DNA of 63,243 nt, the filler included, from Craspedostauros australis (lineage: Eukaryota), in assembly GCA_030167865.1 (NCBI GenBank). It is 9 parts of 9 records of this genome, joined end to end, with 100 filler letters (N's around TTAATTAATTAA, not from the genome) between each part and the next. Parts side by side here need not be neighbours in the genome. Positions count along the whole stretch, not along the records: positions 1 to 22,958 come from JALAGF010004090.1; 8 more parts are not named here. One strand, written 5' to 3'. The stretch's first letter is position 1; each line of letters starts with the position of its first letter. A program made the position numbers and the translations under genes. Below, piece by piece: positions 1-13,588 of the stretch. The notes under the pieces are model-generated. The model had not been told where the DNA came from, did not search any database, and saw only the letters and a program-made list of their open reading frames with translations.

Positions 1-20
1 ACAACGCCAGCCCATCAGCC

Positions 21-1142
21 ATGTTGCCACCTCCACAGCCGTCACAACATTCCGTGGAGGCGGATCGTTTGATGAGAGAGCTGTCAAATATGGATATGGA
101 GCCGACGCCGCTTGCCCCAGCTCACAAGCTCAACATCGTCAACAACGTGACCCTGCCTCGCTTTCAGCAGAACTTTTGGCATTCCAATCCGCACGCCAGG
201 CTGGATCTGCGAGGCTTCGTGGACTTCGTTGGTCCTGCTCCATCTCACGATGCTCCTTCGTATCCAACGCAACCACCTCAACGTCACCAATGCCATCACG
301 CCGATACCGGCAACGCCGTGGAAACGAAGCTGCCTCCATCGTTATCGGCGGCCGCACCAAAACTATTCGACCCTGCTGCATCGGCCAGCGTCCCTACGGA
401 GATACCGTCACTGATGCGAGCGTCAGATGATAGTCAGGAGGAGGAAGAAGATAGGAAACCAGCCGCATCCACAGCACAACCACAGACACAGGCACTAGGG
501 CAACCAAACGGCACGATCAAACCCAGCAGACGGACGGAGATGGAGCTGCAGTCACCCTCCCAGTCCAGATTCGGCATGGTGCAGCTCCGCAAGTGGGACA
601 ACAAGTACAAGGAGCTGCAGCAGTTCGCGCAGGTACACGGGCATGCCGTCGTTCCGCTGGAGTACAAGATCAACCCCACCCTGGCCCATTGGGTCAAGAG
701 GCAACGAGCACAGTACAAGAAGCTCGTGGCGGGGAAGGGGTCATCAATGACCAACGAGCGCGTCCTCTTGTTGGAGAGGATCGGGTTCGTGTGGGATTCG
801 CACCGCGCCAGCTGGGACGGCAGATGGCACGAGCTCCAGGAGTTCCAGAGACTGCATGGGCATTCGAACGTGCCGTGCAGCCACCCAGCCAATCAGGCAC
901 TGTCCATCTGGGTGAAATGCCAGCGTCGTCAGTTTCGGCTGTACCAGCAGGGACGCAGATCGAACATGACGGAGGAGCGCGTGGGAAGACTGGAGTCGTT
1001 GGGCTTTGTCTTCTCTCCAAGACAGCTAGGCGGGGATGAAAATGCCGATACCAACGCCAATGATGACGAGAGAAACAGCAGCTGCGGTGGCGGTGGCGAC
1101 CACGCTGGTGGCAACCTTGACGTCGACCATCAAGGTTCTTGA
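21..1142 (+). CDS. Helicase-associated (HA, PF03457-like) domain protein with two HA repeats and a low-complexity N-terminus
   Basis: Repeats WDNKYKELQQFAQVHGHAVVP...LAHWVKRQRAQY...ERVLLLERIGFVW and WDGRWHELQEFQRLHGHSNVP...LSIWVKCQRRQF...ERVGRLESLGFVF. Single exon with ATG at 21; an upstream exon outside the window cannot be excluded. Confidence 0.9.
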   Translation: MLPPPQPSQHSVEADRLMRELSNMDMEPTPLAPAHKLNIVNNVTLPRFQQNFWHSNPHARLDLRGFVDFVGPAPSHDAPSYPTQPPQRHQCHHADTGNAVETKLPPSLSAAAPKLFDPAASASVPTEIPSLMRASDDSQEEEEDRKPAASTAQPQTQALGQPNGTIKPSRRTEMELQSPSQSRFGMVQLRKWDNKYKELQQFAQVHGHAVVPLEYKINPTLAHWVKRQRAQYKKLVAGKGSSMTNERVLLLERIGFVWDSHRASWDGRWHELQEFQRLHGHSNVPCSHPANQALSIWVKCQRRQFRLYQQGRRSNMTEERVGRLESLGFVFSPRQLGGDENADTNANDDERNSSCGGGGDHAGGNLDVDHQGS

Positions 1143-3208
1143 GGACCACGTAGTCTCGCAGACAGACCAGGGTGGCGTTGGCGTTGGGGCGACTGGAGGT
1201 TGAACGTAGGACGTCGTAGCTAGTCACGGTGCACCGAGCGGATCGATTGAAGTTTTGGCACAGTTTTGCATTCATTCGACAAATCCGCACAGCATCCATA
1301 TCTCGCACATTCGGACGCCAGGGGCTATTGTAGGCCACAATGCTCAAATAGAGTACGAGTAGATCGCAATGCTCCAAAATACGGACTCTCCAGTTGATGA
1401 CCTCTCTCTCGCTCTCTTTGGCTCACACCTCCTATCGAAAGTCGACACGCACGAGGAGACTATTATATTATACATGCTCTCAGCGATGGCCATGAGCGCA
1501 CATACGAGGAATGTAATAGTATTGTGTACTATACCAGGCATGGCATGAAGCGCTCTGTTCTCCGGCGTACATGTCCGCAAGGGCCTCTCTCCAGACTGCC
1601 CGTTGGCATCGCTCCCCGCATTCCAATGTTCTGCGTCTCCCAACCGAAGTCGTTTTTTGCCATGACGGGCAGGAAAGAGACTGTTTCTGCGACCAAGGGT
1701 GGCAGCCCCAAAGCCCTGATTTGTGTTGGTAGCGACCACATCATCCGTGTCCGCTTTGCGATCCGCGAGCGTCTTGATGTGCTGAACAGTAGATTAGTAC
1801 ATGATTGTGGTTGTGTGTGTGGCCACATGCGCGTTGTCCAAATGACTCCATGTCATTGCTGTGGCTACAGATGGCAGCGCTGTGTGGGAATCTCCCAATG
1901 AAAGGTTCCGTTCACGCCTGGCGACGAAGCCAATTGTTGTGGAGGTCCATTGAAGAGCATGAAAAGGAATGGTGCTTTTCAGCCCACGAAGACGGTTTCG
2001 CTTCAACCTGCATTGACGAGTTTCTCCGCGCTTGTGCATCATGTACGTACAAGTGTCGTAGCAAACCTACACGGATACTCAGAACTTCGCGGAGGTGAAG
2101 AAGGACGATTTGTGTCGTACTGGCAGCATTTCAGTCCATTAGAACTCCCGAAAAAATCGCGACCCACACAAAAGACCCCAAATCCCCGATGGCATGTCCA
2201 CACAAACATCAGAAACGACAACATGGTCCGACTGGCAGAGGCACAACAGGGCAACAACCTACAAATGTCTTGATTGTGGTGGTTTCTGCGTTGTGCAAAT
2301 CACTCGATCACGTAAATAATACGAGTGCAGGTACGGTGCAACCTATTCCTCTTGGATGGTACGTAAACGCACAATCACACGTCCGCAGTGTACCAACGCA
2401 TAGGCGTGACCACAAGCACAACGCAACAAATCGACTCAAAAAGTCTAGCAACAAGCCAACCCCTTCTTGCTGGCAACAACTTGAAAGGCTCACAAATCGT
2501 AGCCACGCCCACTTGCAAGTCAGTCAATCTTCAAAGCCATCGACCAACCAATCAACCCATCCACACATCGTCCATTCATTTCAGCCCATTCTTCAGCAGG
2601 TAAGTACTACTATAATGCTATCTATGTGTACTAGGACGATACCTGCTCCTCTGCCCATGAGGGTTGTTTGCTCGTACATCCAGTTTCTCCAGTCAATGCC
2701 GCTCCCGTCGTACTCGGCGGCCTCTTTCGCTCGCGATCGAGATGATTGTCAATATGCGCGTGTGGCGCAACGTTGAATGGCGCATGGTGCTGGGGCTTTG
2801 ACGCATAGTGCTATGCTCTCCTACGCTCTTGTCTTCAAACTCGGCTCTCGCTGACATGATGTGCGCAATGATCCAATGATCTCGCTGTTACTCTCTCCCA
2901 TTCTCTCCCTGTCTTTCTGCCTGCGGTGCCTTTCCAACATGCATCTTTCGCCACGATGTCTGCCTGCAATGCAGCCCTGACAACACTCGAGTCTACTCGC
3001 AGTACTCACAAAGGATTCCACAAGTAGAACATCAGCAAGGCGAGAAACAACAGCAGACAACAATACGTCGATCTTTCTATTGCATCGCGCAGCACGCCAG
3101 TAAATACCTTCTTACGCGCACGCTTCGAGCAGGAAGCATCGCTCCCACGCAAAGGGCATGTTGCAATCACGCAGAGCATCAACCTCCACCACCTGTGCGG
3201 GACCGACA

Positions 3209-5129
3209 ATGTCTGGCATGCAGCACGCGCGGTCGCAGCCGAACCAACAGACGCTGCAGCAAGAGGGATTGCCCAAGTTGCTTCTCTCCGATTCGACTTC
3301 GCCAGGCATGCACGATCCATGGCATGCTTCGAAGTCGCCACCTTCGTTCATGCCATCTGGAGCTGCGTGCAATGTGGTCCCAAGCGACAGCCTGCACTCC
3401 TTCGACGGCCCGCAAGCTCAGAAGTTCATGCGGCAAGATCGCCCATTCCGTCTGGCCAATTTCTGCAACTTCTTGGCACAGAACGCGAACTTTGGCATGG
3501 GTGGAAGCAATGGCCATCATCTCGCTGGTCTTCTGAACCAAGCCAGCCCGGCCGATGCGTCGCTCGTCGCTTCCAACGTACACGTAGACCAAGGGGCTGC
3601 CCAATCGAATGCGACTGCGGTTGGAAACATTGCATGCAGCGCCAATCCCAATGCCTGCCCTGGCTTTGGCTTCGATGCTTTCCAGGCCCGGCGACAATCT
3701 CTGTCTCGCTTGAACCAGCTGTTCCAACAGCAGCAGACGCAGCCACAATCACAATCACAATTGATGCCGAACAACAACTACACCATGGCTGGCTTCGAGC
3801 CGTTGGCCAACGCATCTACTGACAGCGGCCTGGTATTGGCAAGGTCGGTACTCGGTGGGGCAGGAGCTGGGGTAGAATCTGCGACAGGGCTTAGAAGATT
3901 CGAGCATTCCAACGCAAGCGGTGCCAACGCCAGCAACGGCAGTATCGGTTGGGATGGTGTCAGTGGCCTTGGTGGCCTCAATGGAATGGGCAGCATCAAT
4001 AGGCTGAGCGGTTTCGACGGCTTCGGTAGCGACAACGACTTCCAGGCAGACTTTCTTGGCTCTGATTCTTCAGCGCCGGGCCGAAGATTCTCAGCGGCAT
4101 CTTCAAACCATCGGGACGGCATCGATATGCATCGCACGGTAAGTTGCAGTTGATGCAGTATTCGATTGGATCATCATACCACCTACCAATCTTGCGCTAC
4201 GCCTATGCCTGGTCTGTGTCGTCTCTCCTCTCCTTCCATCTCACTTCATGTTTCTTCATTCTTCCTGCGCGGCGATTGAATTCGGTCATTTCCCATCGCA
4301 TATATATGTGACACGACATGCACATACGCATGCACCTTCGACCCTGATTCACACTGCATCATGATATTGGTGCCACTCACAGGTCTCGCAACCAACATCA
4401 CCCTCACCATCCCAGGTGTCGGTATCAGGGTCTGCATCCACAGCTGTGTGTGCGTCAACGGCGCCATCCCTGCCGCTGTCCATGGCGAATGATTTCGTTC
4501 CACAGAAGGAGATGCAGATGCACGGGCACAAGCAACTCAGCCTTAACAACAGCTTCAGCAATAGTATCAGCGGCAGCGGTAGCCGGCATAGCAGCGCGCA
4601 GGAGCAGCAGCAGCAGCAACAACAACAACGCTTCGGTTCGTCCAATACGAAGAAGTGGATCGCCAAGTACAGGGAGCTCGTGCACTTCGTGCAACAGCAC
4701 GGGCACAGCCTCGTCCCGCTCGATTACAAGATCAACCCATCTCTCGCCCACTGGGTGAAACGCCAACGATGCCAGCACAAGGCCAAGATGGCAAATGCCC
4801 ATTCCACCCTCACTCTCGAACGCCAGCAGATGCTGGAGGATCTCGATTTCTGCTGGGACTCTCACCGCGCCGCATGGGAGGAGAGGTTCCGACAGCTGAA
4901 TGGCTTCAAGTGCCAGTACGGCCACTGCAACGTCCCGTCGAAGTACTCCGAGAATCGATCGCTGGCCATCTGGGTGAAGTGCCAACGTCGTCAATACAAG
5001 CTGCAACGCGCCGGCAAGAAGTCCAACCTGAACGATGAGCGCATCTCAAAGCTGTCGCAGATGGGCTTCGTGTGGACTCCTCGGGAGGTTCGATCGTCGC
5101 ACAGTCCGGCAGCTCCTTCCATCCGTTGA
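3209..5129 (+). CDS. HA-domain protein paralog, two exons: join(3209..4138,4416..5129); alternative start at 3158
   Basis: GTAAGT donor at 4139 and CAG acceptor ending at 4415, both phase 0, join ORFs 3158..4153 and 4416..5129. Two C-terminal HA repeats (WIAKYRELVHFVQQHGHSLVP; WEERFRQLNGFKCQYGHCNVP) closely resemble gene 21..1142. Confidence 0.85.
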
Positions 5130-5690
5130 GATCTCTTTTTGCCTCTCTTGTGGAGATACGATGAGAAGTACTCTACATAAAATACATAAAACTGGAATAT
5201 TACATGATGTAATAGCACACGGCTGTAACAATGCTGGCTGGTGGACGGCTATTGAGTCCGGCCAGGATGCATCGTGCATAGGACCAGCATGCGCTCGCGA
5301 GCACTCGCACATAGGCGTGCTTCAATCGTTCCTTTTCGTTGATCCCCTGGGGCGCCCAACCGTCTCTTTGTCTTTGACGAAGCATACGCCGTGTCTGGCA
5401 CCAAGGAAAACCAGTGCAGACATTCCAACCGAGTTTGGTGGAATAGGTGTCATCTCGCGCTCCTCCGAGGGTATCTCTGAGTATCTCTGGTACGTCCGCG
5501 AGGCTGAACCACGCAACACGTATGGATTGCCCGACACTCACCAGCCAGCAAGGCACCAGCAGACGTCATTGCTGAGGTCGACTCGTTCTGTATTCGATGG
5601 AATTTGGATGCGAGTCGTGCGATGCTGTGAAGTATAGTATGGATGCTACTATCTCAAATGCTGGATATGCCATCGGCAATAGTGTTCCAA

Positions 5691-7886
5691 TCAAGTACTG
5701 TTGTTTGCGTCACGCAGCCGTTGGTGACGTGCCGCTTCCAGATCAGGGTATCTATGCTCCACACGCGTGCTGTCTTCACTGCCGCTTCCAGTCTGGAATA
5801 TGGACTCCAACGCATCGACGGCGGTTGTCTTACATGAGTGTCCTGCGGTGCATTGGCCCAGCCAGTTCTCGTATGCTATTTGTACCGAATGATCTTGAAT
5901 GTACTTGCGGGATTGCGTCAGGAAGTGGAATGGATGTGGTTCAGTTGCTCCTTGCGAATGACTGGCGGCGCCATCGTTGTGCGACAAGAATTGGTCGAGC
6001 ATCACCTTCCAGAACATGAGCTGCTGTTTACGACCTGCGGATGCTGCCCTGTCGACATCCATCATGCCTGCGGACGTCATCGTCCGGGATCTGACCGCAG
6101 AGAAAAGGAACGGATCCAGCACCATCGTGATGCAGGGTGGCGACGAAGACGAAGATAGAGCTGCTTCTGCAGGTGTCAGGTGCCTTGCTTGGCGCAAGGA
6201 TTGCTGTTGAACGTCAGAGGGTTCGGCTTGGCTGCGGCCGTGCTGCCCACTCTCTGTGCCATTCCTAAGGCACTCTGCTGATTTCCCGATCTGGTTATAG
6301 ATCTGATCGTGCGAATATAGCGGGAAAGATACGTCTTGAGAGGTACTGCTTGCTTCGATCGCGAAGGCGACGGTGAGTCCAGGTGTCACGCACAAGTGCG
6401 AGTGCTCAATTGGTATCAAAACCCCTGGTGTCGATGACATCAGTTCCGCCATGGGCTGCGGGTGCCATTCCAGGTGGCGCTTGACGCAATACACCATCCA
6501 GTGACGGCGCGACGCTACTCGTGCATTGCCATGCAATTGAGTCGCGCCACGCTGCTGCTGCTGCTGCTGCTGGCCCTTCGTTGTGCCATGTACAGTTGGA
6601 TTCGTTTCAACGTCGCCAAACATATCCGCAATTGCTGCGCTGCGAATATGGTTCAAGTAGCCCGGATGAAGTCCGTCGTCGGCATCTAGTCTGGTCTCCA
6701 CAAATAGTGCTGGTGCTGTGTCGGCATTTCCTGTGTTATGCAAAGTCTGCCCCTGTCCCTGTTGTTGCTTCTGCTGTCGCTCTCGCTGTGCGATCCCTTG
6801 TGACAGGAAATTGAGCGATTCCAATAGATGGGCTGGGTTCCCCGTCCACCGTGATGCATCCGATTGAAGCAACCCCGTTAGCTTTTGAATACCAAGCTTG
6901 AAGCTGCGGAGAGATCCTCTCGAAGTGCGTTGCTCTGAGGTCTCGTGGAATTTCGAGTTCGGACTGGTGATGGAAAGGTCATCATTCGTGGCCAGCACAA
7001 GGAAGTTGGGATGGGCTTGCAACAAGCTCACAAGGTTCTGGCGCACTTCAGCATCCAAGTTGGGGTCAGTGGCAATGATCCAAAAGAACAGCGGTTCATC
7101 GTCATCAGGAGATGCCGTGTTGTCATCCATCTGATTTCGCATATGCTGCTGCTGCTGCTGGACAATGGTGCCAAGGCAGATACTCTGGAACAGAAGCAGT
7201 CTGGCCATCCCTAACGTCTTCAATCTGCCTTGCTCCTGCATGAAACGCGTATGCACGATATGAATCGTCTTGGGTTTGTCAGAGGGTGAATGGAGCTGCT
7301 GACTTTGAAAGCCCAGTTGATTGTGCCCCTGTGGTTCTGCAGTCGCATCCATCCATGCCCCAGGTCGGAATGAGGTCGACGAGCATGCCAGTGCAATGAA
7401 AAGCAGAAGCAGGAGCCTCATGGGAATTGTACGGAATGGCACTGCGAAGAGAGTTGGTTTTGCACGCATCATCCTGTTGGTCCCCCAGATTGGTAGATAT
7501 CTGTTCCTCCTCATGATTTTGCCTTCGTCACCGTTGCCACTAGCACTACCACTAGCACTGCCAACGACACGGTAGAATCCATCCAACGACCAGCCGGATC
7601 GCGTCTTTTTCCGCCTTCGTGGATGTGTCCCACCGCTCCTCGCTTTCGATGGGATCGTTGCAGCATCTTTCATCGCTTTGCTTCCGTCATTGCCGCCTCC
7701 AATGTTGGCTCTGCTAGTGCCATTGCTACGATGGTCTAAAGGCAACGATGACGCTGGCATTCTCCCTATTCGATCATTGCCATCTGTCGTCTGATCAGCG
7801 AGATTCTCGTTGTGCTGATGACGATGATGGTGGTGGTGGTGCGGTTGCCGCTGTCGTTGTCGTTGTCGTTGATGCAGCACTTCCAT
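5691..7886 (-). CDS. Putative glycosyltransferase (PF11316 rhamnosyltransferase-like), membrane-anchored
   Basis: About 730-aa ORF. Hydrophobic segment LLLLLFIALACSS, followed by HIVHTRFMQ, ARLLLFQSICL, FFWIIATDPNL and ETRLDADDGLH (DxD-type motif). Confidence 0.65.
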   Translation of the reverse strand: MEVLHQRQRQRQRQPHHHHHHRHQHNENLADQTTDGNDRIGRMPASSLPLDHRSNGTSRANIGGGNDGSKAMKDAATIPSKARSGGTHPRRRKKTRSGWSLDGFYRVVGSASGSASGNGDEGKIMRRNRYLPIWGTNRMMRAKPTLFAVPFRTIPMRLLLLLFIALACSSTSFRPGAWMDATAEPQGHNQLGFQSQQLHSPSDKPKTIHIVHTRFMQEQGRLKTLGMARLLLFQSICLGTIVQQQQQHMRNQMDDNTASPDDDEPLFFWIIATDPNLDAEVRQNLVSLLQAHPNFLVLATNDDLSITSPNSKFHETSEQRTSRGSLRSFKLGIQKLTGLLQSDASRWTGNPAHLLESLNFLSQGIAQRERQQKQQQGQGQTLHNTGNADTAPALFVETRLDADDGLHPGYLNHIRSAAIADMFGDVETNPTVHGTTKGQQQQQQQRGATQLHGNARVASRRHWMVYCVKRHLEWHPQPMAELMSSTPGVLIPIEHSHLCVTPGLTVAFAIEASSTSQDVSFPLYSHDQIYNQIGKSAECLRNGTESGQHGRSQAEPSDVQQQSLRQARHLTPAEAALSSSSSPPCITMVLDPFLFSAVRSRTMTSAGMMDVDRAASAGRKQQLMFWKVMLDQFLSHNDGAASHSQGATEPHPFHFLTQSRKYIQDHSVQIAYENWLGQCTAGHSCKTTAVDALESIFQTGSGSEDSTRVEHRYPDLEAARHQRLRDANNST

Positions 7887-10800
7887 CACACAGTACGCAG
7901 CTCAGCCAGCTTCGCATCTTCTGACATGGTGTTGCCGCAGCTGGTGATTGTGGCAGAGTGAGGTAGAGCAGTGCAGAGCATGGCAAGAGCCACCAAACCT
8001 ACTCTGCGATGTAGGTCACACATGTGCGCCGAATGCTGTTGCGTGTTCTGCCCCGATCTTGTCGCTGTCGTCTCTCGTCATCGTCGTGTTCTTTTGTGTG
8101 GCGAAGACGGAGGACGACTCGATCGACTGTTTCATTTCAATTGTTGCGTGCCTCTGCCTCTAGATTTATTTGTAGAATGTCATGAAAATGCGACACAAAA
8201 CAAGACGCGCTGTGGGCATTGTTTCCGCAGTGATGGGTGGTTTTACGCGTTTTGGTACATGTGTGTCCGAAAAGTGTGGAATAGGCCACACGAGTATCAG
8301 TCAGGGCAGCGCACCTGTGATGATTTGTGAAGAGGCTGTTCTTGTGCTCGCGTTCGCCAAGCCTTTCACGCGGAACCTCCCATGACGACAACAACAACAT
8401 CAGCAACAAACAAGATGAAGAAGGAGTGGATCGACAGGCCATCGATGCTCTTCAGGCAAAGTGGAGGCACGCTTTCCCATCACTGGAGTTTTCTTGGGCG
8501 CCAGTGGGCGAACATCTTCCTCCACGCCAGGCGACACAAACAAGCGGGGGAAAAGCACACAATGACTCGTGATTTGCTCGCGTTTTCGTGTTGATCTTGT
8601 GTGGTGGTAATGGAGTTGGGAGCTGTCACAGGGCGTTTGTGGAATGCGGAAACTGGTGAAGGCGGAGGGTCTGTGATGTGCAACTCCTGCGTGCTCGCGG
8701 GGTACCTCGTGGACCGGCAGCGCGCTCGACTATCAATAGAGTACTTGACACTAGCAAGAGACAGAGAGAGAGACCACACCATCTTCCTCTTCTCCGTCAT
8801 TGCTCTGGGCTCCATCCGGCGATGCAAGCGGTAGCACAGACGGAAGGAACAGCGCAAAGGAGCCCTGTGTCGGAGGGCACAGCACAACCAGTGTATCGCA
8901 TCAGTGTTTGCTTGCCTAACATTATATTCTATCACATAATGCCATGTATTACGACTCCACAGCAATTGTTCACATCGATGACAAAGACTGGTGCTGTTGT
9001 TTCTACGATGTGTCCCACGGATACGAGTATATGGAGGGAAGAAGCTGATGGAAAGACAGGCGCAACCAATTCAGATTGTTCTGGGCATCGGAGTCTACTC
9101 TGCTCCATGAGCCGATGCTCTCCATTCTGCTTGTGTGACGTCGTCTCATCTTGCCATGCGTATTCGTATGGACACAGCGCTTCATGTTTGGCTGAATGAT
9201 TCGCATTCCATACCGTTGTGTCGCGCTGCCATGTTGGTGTTGCCAAAAGTGTGAAGAGAATGGAGCATAGAAAGCGCGAAGAACATAGGGTGGTTGATGA
9301 GTCGGAGTGAAGATGTCGACGAAAACTCCCAGAGTCCCACCCCTGACTCAAGAGATTGCTTTCCGCATTCATGCATGCGAATGCCATTTCCGCGCACATG
9401 ATGCCACGCGTACGTACGAATACTCTTGCAGATGCCCTGGTTCTCGGCCCTGCGGAGATTTTCTCTGGTGTTTCTGTTCACCCCAATCGAGGACTGTTGG
9501 AAATTCAATGCTCGCAACGTTTGGAGTCTTGACAACAGCGAAGAAGCTGAAGAACTTGGGCTGTGAGGCATGTTGCGCTCTTCTGCTCTGCGCTACCATG
9601 GCTACCGAAGAATAAGAAAAGGCCACGTGCCACGGCAGAGTATTCGATGGAGTGTGGTGGTTTGTGATACTTGGTGCGAAAGTTCTCAAGGTGTTGGCAC
9701 ATCGCGTGTCAAGAACTTGATGCCGTCGTTGTCACTGTCAATACCATTGTCATTGTGTTGGCCGATGTCGCCAAGTGAAGTGCCTCGTGCCCACATTGCA
9801 AGTTACGTTCGAGTGTGGCATTGGTTGTGCACCAGTAGAGCCGCATGAACAATTGCCTTGAGTGGCTGAGAAAGTACAGATACCCGACGCAATTGACTTG
9901 GATGGGTGCTTGGATGCTTGGATACTTAGATGTTGGTATGGTGATGGCCTTGCCTGTGCGTCTGAATGTTCATGTGTCACACGGTAACAACATGACTCAA
10001 CAATACCCCTCCATCACCGCTATCATTCCTGGCATGGCTCTGTACTCGTAGAGGGTGGCATCAGCATCAGTAGTGACAATGGAGAGAGAGAGAGACGTGG
10101 AGACATGAAGAACATCATCATCGTCATCTCTTTGACGATCACATGATCGACAGTCAGAAGCATCCACCAGCTGCTCTTTGATGATGGACACCTTCAGTTC
10201 CTCTCCCTCGCAAACCCTCCAAGTGAGTGTGTGTTCCCGCCAAGCTCTTCGCGACCCCATCAACCTTCCTTGCACTCCACTTTCCTCCCCCCAACACCGA
10301 CAATCAAGCCAACTTGACATGAGCTTTGCTTCTCCCTGACCTTGCGTTGAGCTGAGCTGACCTCCATTGTACGGGTATCGCGCCCCAGCAGTTCCCACCT
10401 CATTCCTTGTCCGTCCCACGTCATGCCAACGCATAGCGTTCCATTGCATTGCTTTTCATTGCTTGGCTTTGCTTGGCTTTTCAATGCTCTGCTTTGGGTT
10501 GCGTCACATAGCATCACCATGCATGTTGCCTTCCAGACATCAATCGTGTGGCTGCAACGAGAGAGGCTTCAACACCTTCCCGTTTGCGTTTCCCACGGCC
10601 CTTTCCTTGATTTGTGTGGGTGGAGGCAAAATTTCCCACCAGAATTTGAATGTTGTGACTTGGGGTGTCACACCGTTATGTCGTTATTCAGTCTTTAATA
10701 TTTTGTATGCGAATCGTTTGCCATGTGCGACGTTCCGGCGACAAGACCTGTTACCGCGGCCTCGTTGTATTGTTTCGCGCTCTTTTGTCGGCGCGTGCAG

Positions 10801-13588
10801 GCCGTTTGGAACAGTATGAAGGGTTTTGGAGCCAAACCCAAACCGCCGCGTCGTTTCAGAATTTAAAATGAATGAACACCTAAGTAGATGAAGGTGAATA
10901 TAATGTCATCGCAAAGCCGCCGCGCTTTTTTGCTACCGACCCACCACGGTTTGGCTTTGACGACCATGGCGGCAAAGTGCTCTTGTCGTGGTTGGTGCGC
11001 GCGTGTTGTGGAATTGCGAAATGTGTAAATGTGTGTGCTTGCGATGATGCGAATGTGTGAGCGGCCGCATCCGCGTGGGTGGTGGGAAGAGTGGCGGCAG
11101 ATGGAGAAGTCGTCCCTCCTCCTCTGTCCGTTCCGTTCGTTCGGATGAGAGGCTGATCCGTCTCATTGTTGTTGTTGCCGCTCTTGCTGCTCTGATTGCA
11201 GTTGCTGTTGTTACTCTTGTTGCTGTGATTCAGGAGGCTCTCGGCAACAGAGGACAGGAGAGCAGAGCAGAGCATAGTTGCTCTGGTTGTCCATTGATCA
11301 TCCATCGTTCATTGCCTCTTCTACCACAGCTCTCGGCACTGCTCTCATTGCTGTTGGAGGGTGTTGACATACTTGCATTGAAGGGTCAAGGCATCAAACG
11401 CATCAAACGCATCGTACCAATACCCACACCAACAGCCACACCAACAGCCACGCCAACAGCCACGCCAGCAGTAACATCTATACTCCATCCCATCTCTGGA
11501 ACCAACAAGAGGTGCACATTTTTCACATCACTTCACATCACTTCACAGTCAGTTGCAGTCAGTTGCAGTCAGTTGCAGTCACAAGACACAAGCAGAAGAG
11601 GGGTTGAGAAGGCAAACACTCGATCACAAAGACACAACCAACGCCAGCAGGAAACCATTTGCATCACATATCGCGTGGCTCTCCGAACCTCTACTCCAAC
11701 AACCACAACTTCGGTTTCACGAGAGCATCACCTTTGGCATCGCTTGCGTAGCACCAAAGCTGCAGTTGCATCCATCGCTCCATCCATTGCAACAACAGCA
11801 ACAGCGGTAGAAGCAGAACCAGCGCCAAATTGACTCGAGTACGGTATCAGCGATTGCATCTCTCATCTCGACATTTCGGAACGGCCAACGCTCTGATTCG
11901 TCACTTCCGTCCAGACGCGATACGGCAATACATTGTACCACAAGTACGCTGTACTGCATCTCGAAACGATACATTCCTTGTTGCGCAATGTCCAGACGGC
12001 ACCACAGCTTACGACAAGCGGCGTCTCCCCATCGACAGAGAGCAACGAGAGGATCACCACGAAAGAGCAACCAAGCGAGCGCGGCAAACGTCAAGATGGA
12101 ATCCAATGCGACCGAAAGCAGCGACAGCAGCCATGCGGACCATGGCGGTGCCGACAGCTCGCAGCAGCAGTATCCATTGACGAAGCAGCCTGCCCACAGC
12201 CCCTTCCAAAGACAGCGGAGTCCAGTTCCGGTGCATGAATCCACGTCGGCCGCCTCAACCCCAAACGATGGCAGCAACCCCACACTTCCAATGGAGTTGT
12301 CAACTTCTACACGGAAAGCACACCTACGAACTCCCGACACCAGCGCGGATGGTGCCAAGGTAAGCACAACATGAGTACTCTCAGGCAGTCTCAGACAGTC
12401 GCAAAATGAAGCGACGTTGTACACGAGGGATTCCTCGTCAACAGCGAGCACGCAGACCGAGAATCCGACCAACGATCGCATGCTGATTTCAAGCGGGCAT
12501 GCTATGGCATCATTTCATCGCGTCCAGCATGGCTCTACTCTGCTATATGCACGAATAGAGTAGGATGTCACTATGCTCTATTCAATCGGAATGCTCCAAT
12601 CAACTCTACTCGATTCTATTGGAGAGCCGTGAAGTCGACAAGGACGATCGATGTGGAGGACAATGCTGTACTCTACTATGTTCGACCATGCTCGACCATG
12701 CTCGACGGTCCATTGCAAGTCGTTGATGAGGAGAGACTGGTCTTGGTTTGCGATGCTACCCATCTGCGTCCACTATTTTATTCGTCATTGCCCACACTAA
12801 CCCAGAGTTCGTCTTTTCCTTGTACTCGTCACTCAACGCATTCACGAATGAACAAAATCCAAACGGCTACTTTTTTGTTAACACCACCATGACGCCGCGA
12901 TGTCGTCTCTTTTCCGCGACTTTTAAACGATTCGTCCGGCCATCCTCATTGTTTCGCTTTCAAACCCTCAAAACTCCCCCGCGACATCAATCACATCAAC
13001 AACATGGACAACCCTCCTTTCCTCCCATAACATCCCATGACATCCGCACCGACACCACCCTCCGCCGGACACTCGACCATGACAAAACTGCCGTGTCTTC
13101 ATCGCCACACCGCGTCCCGCTTCCGTTGACCATGATGCACGAAACAAAACAACCCCTTCCATTGCTTTCGAACGACCCAATGGCCTCATGCCCGACGACT
13201 CGCACATCATGACTACGCACCTCCATGCGTGCATGCATGCCATTGCATCATACCTCCACGGCTCCATGCTTTGCATCCGAATGGCACAACTACATGCAAC
13301 GCCATTCCCATTGAACCGCCTTCCCTCGCAATTCATATTGTACTCCGCATTTACATTCAAACACAACCTCACAAATACAAACATCGACACATACGCAAAC
13401 ATCAACATCAACATACAAACGCATCAATACACACACATCCACATTCACATTCACATTCACACTCACACTCACAACTTCCTATTCGAAAGACAACCGACGG
13501 CGCAACAGCGGCAGCAGTAACGGACTCAAGACCTGGACTTGCCAAGACGAGAGGGAAGACGAAGAAGTCAACACCAGCACCAAAAGCA

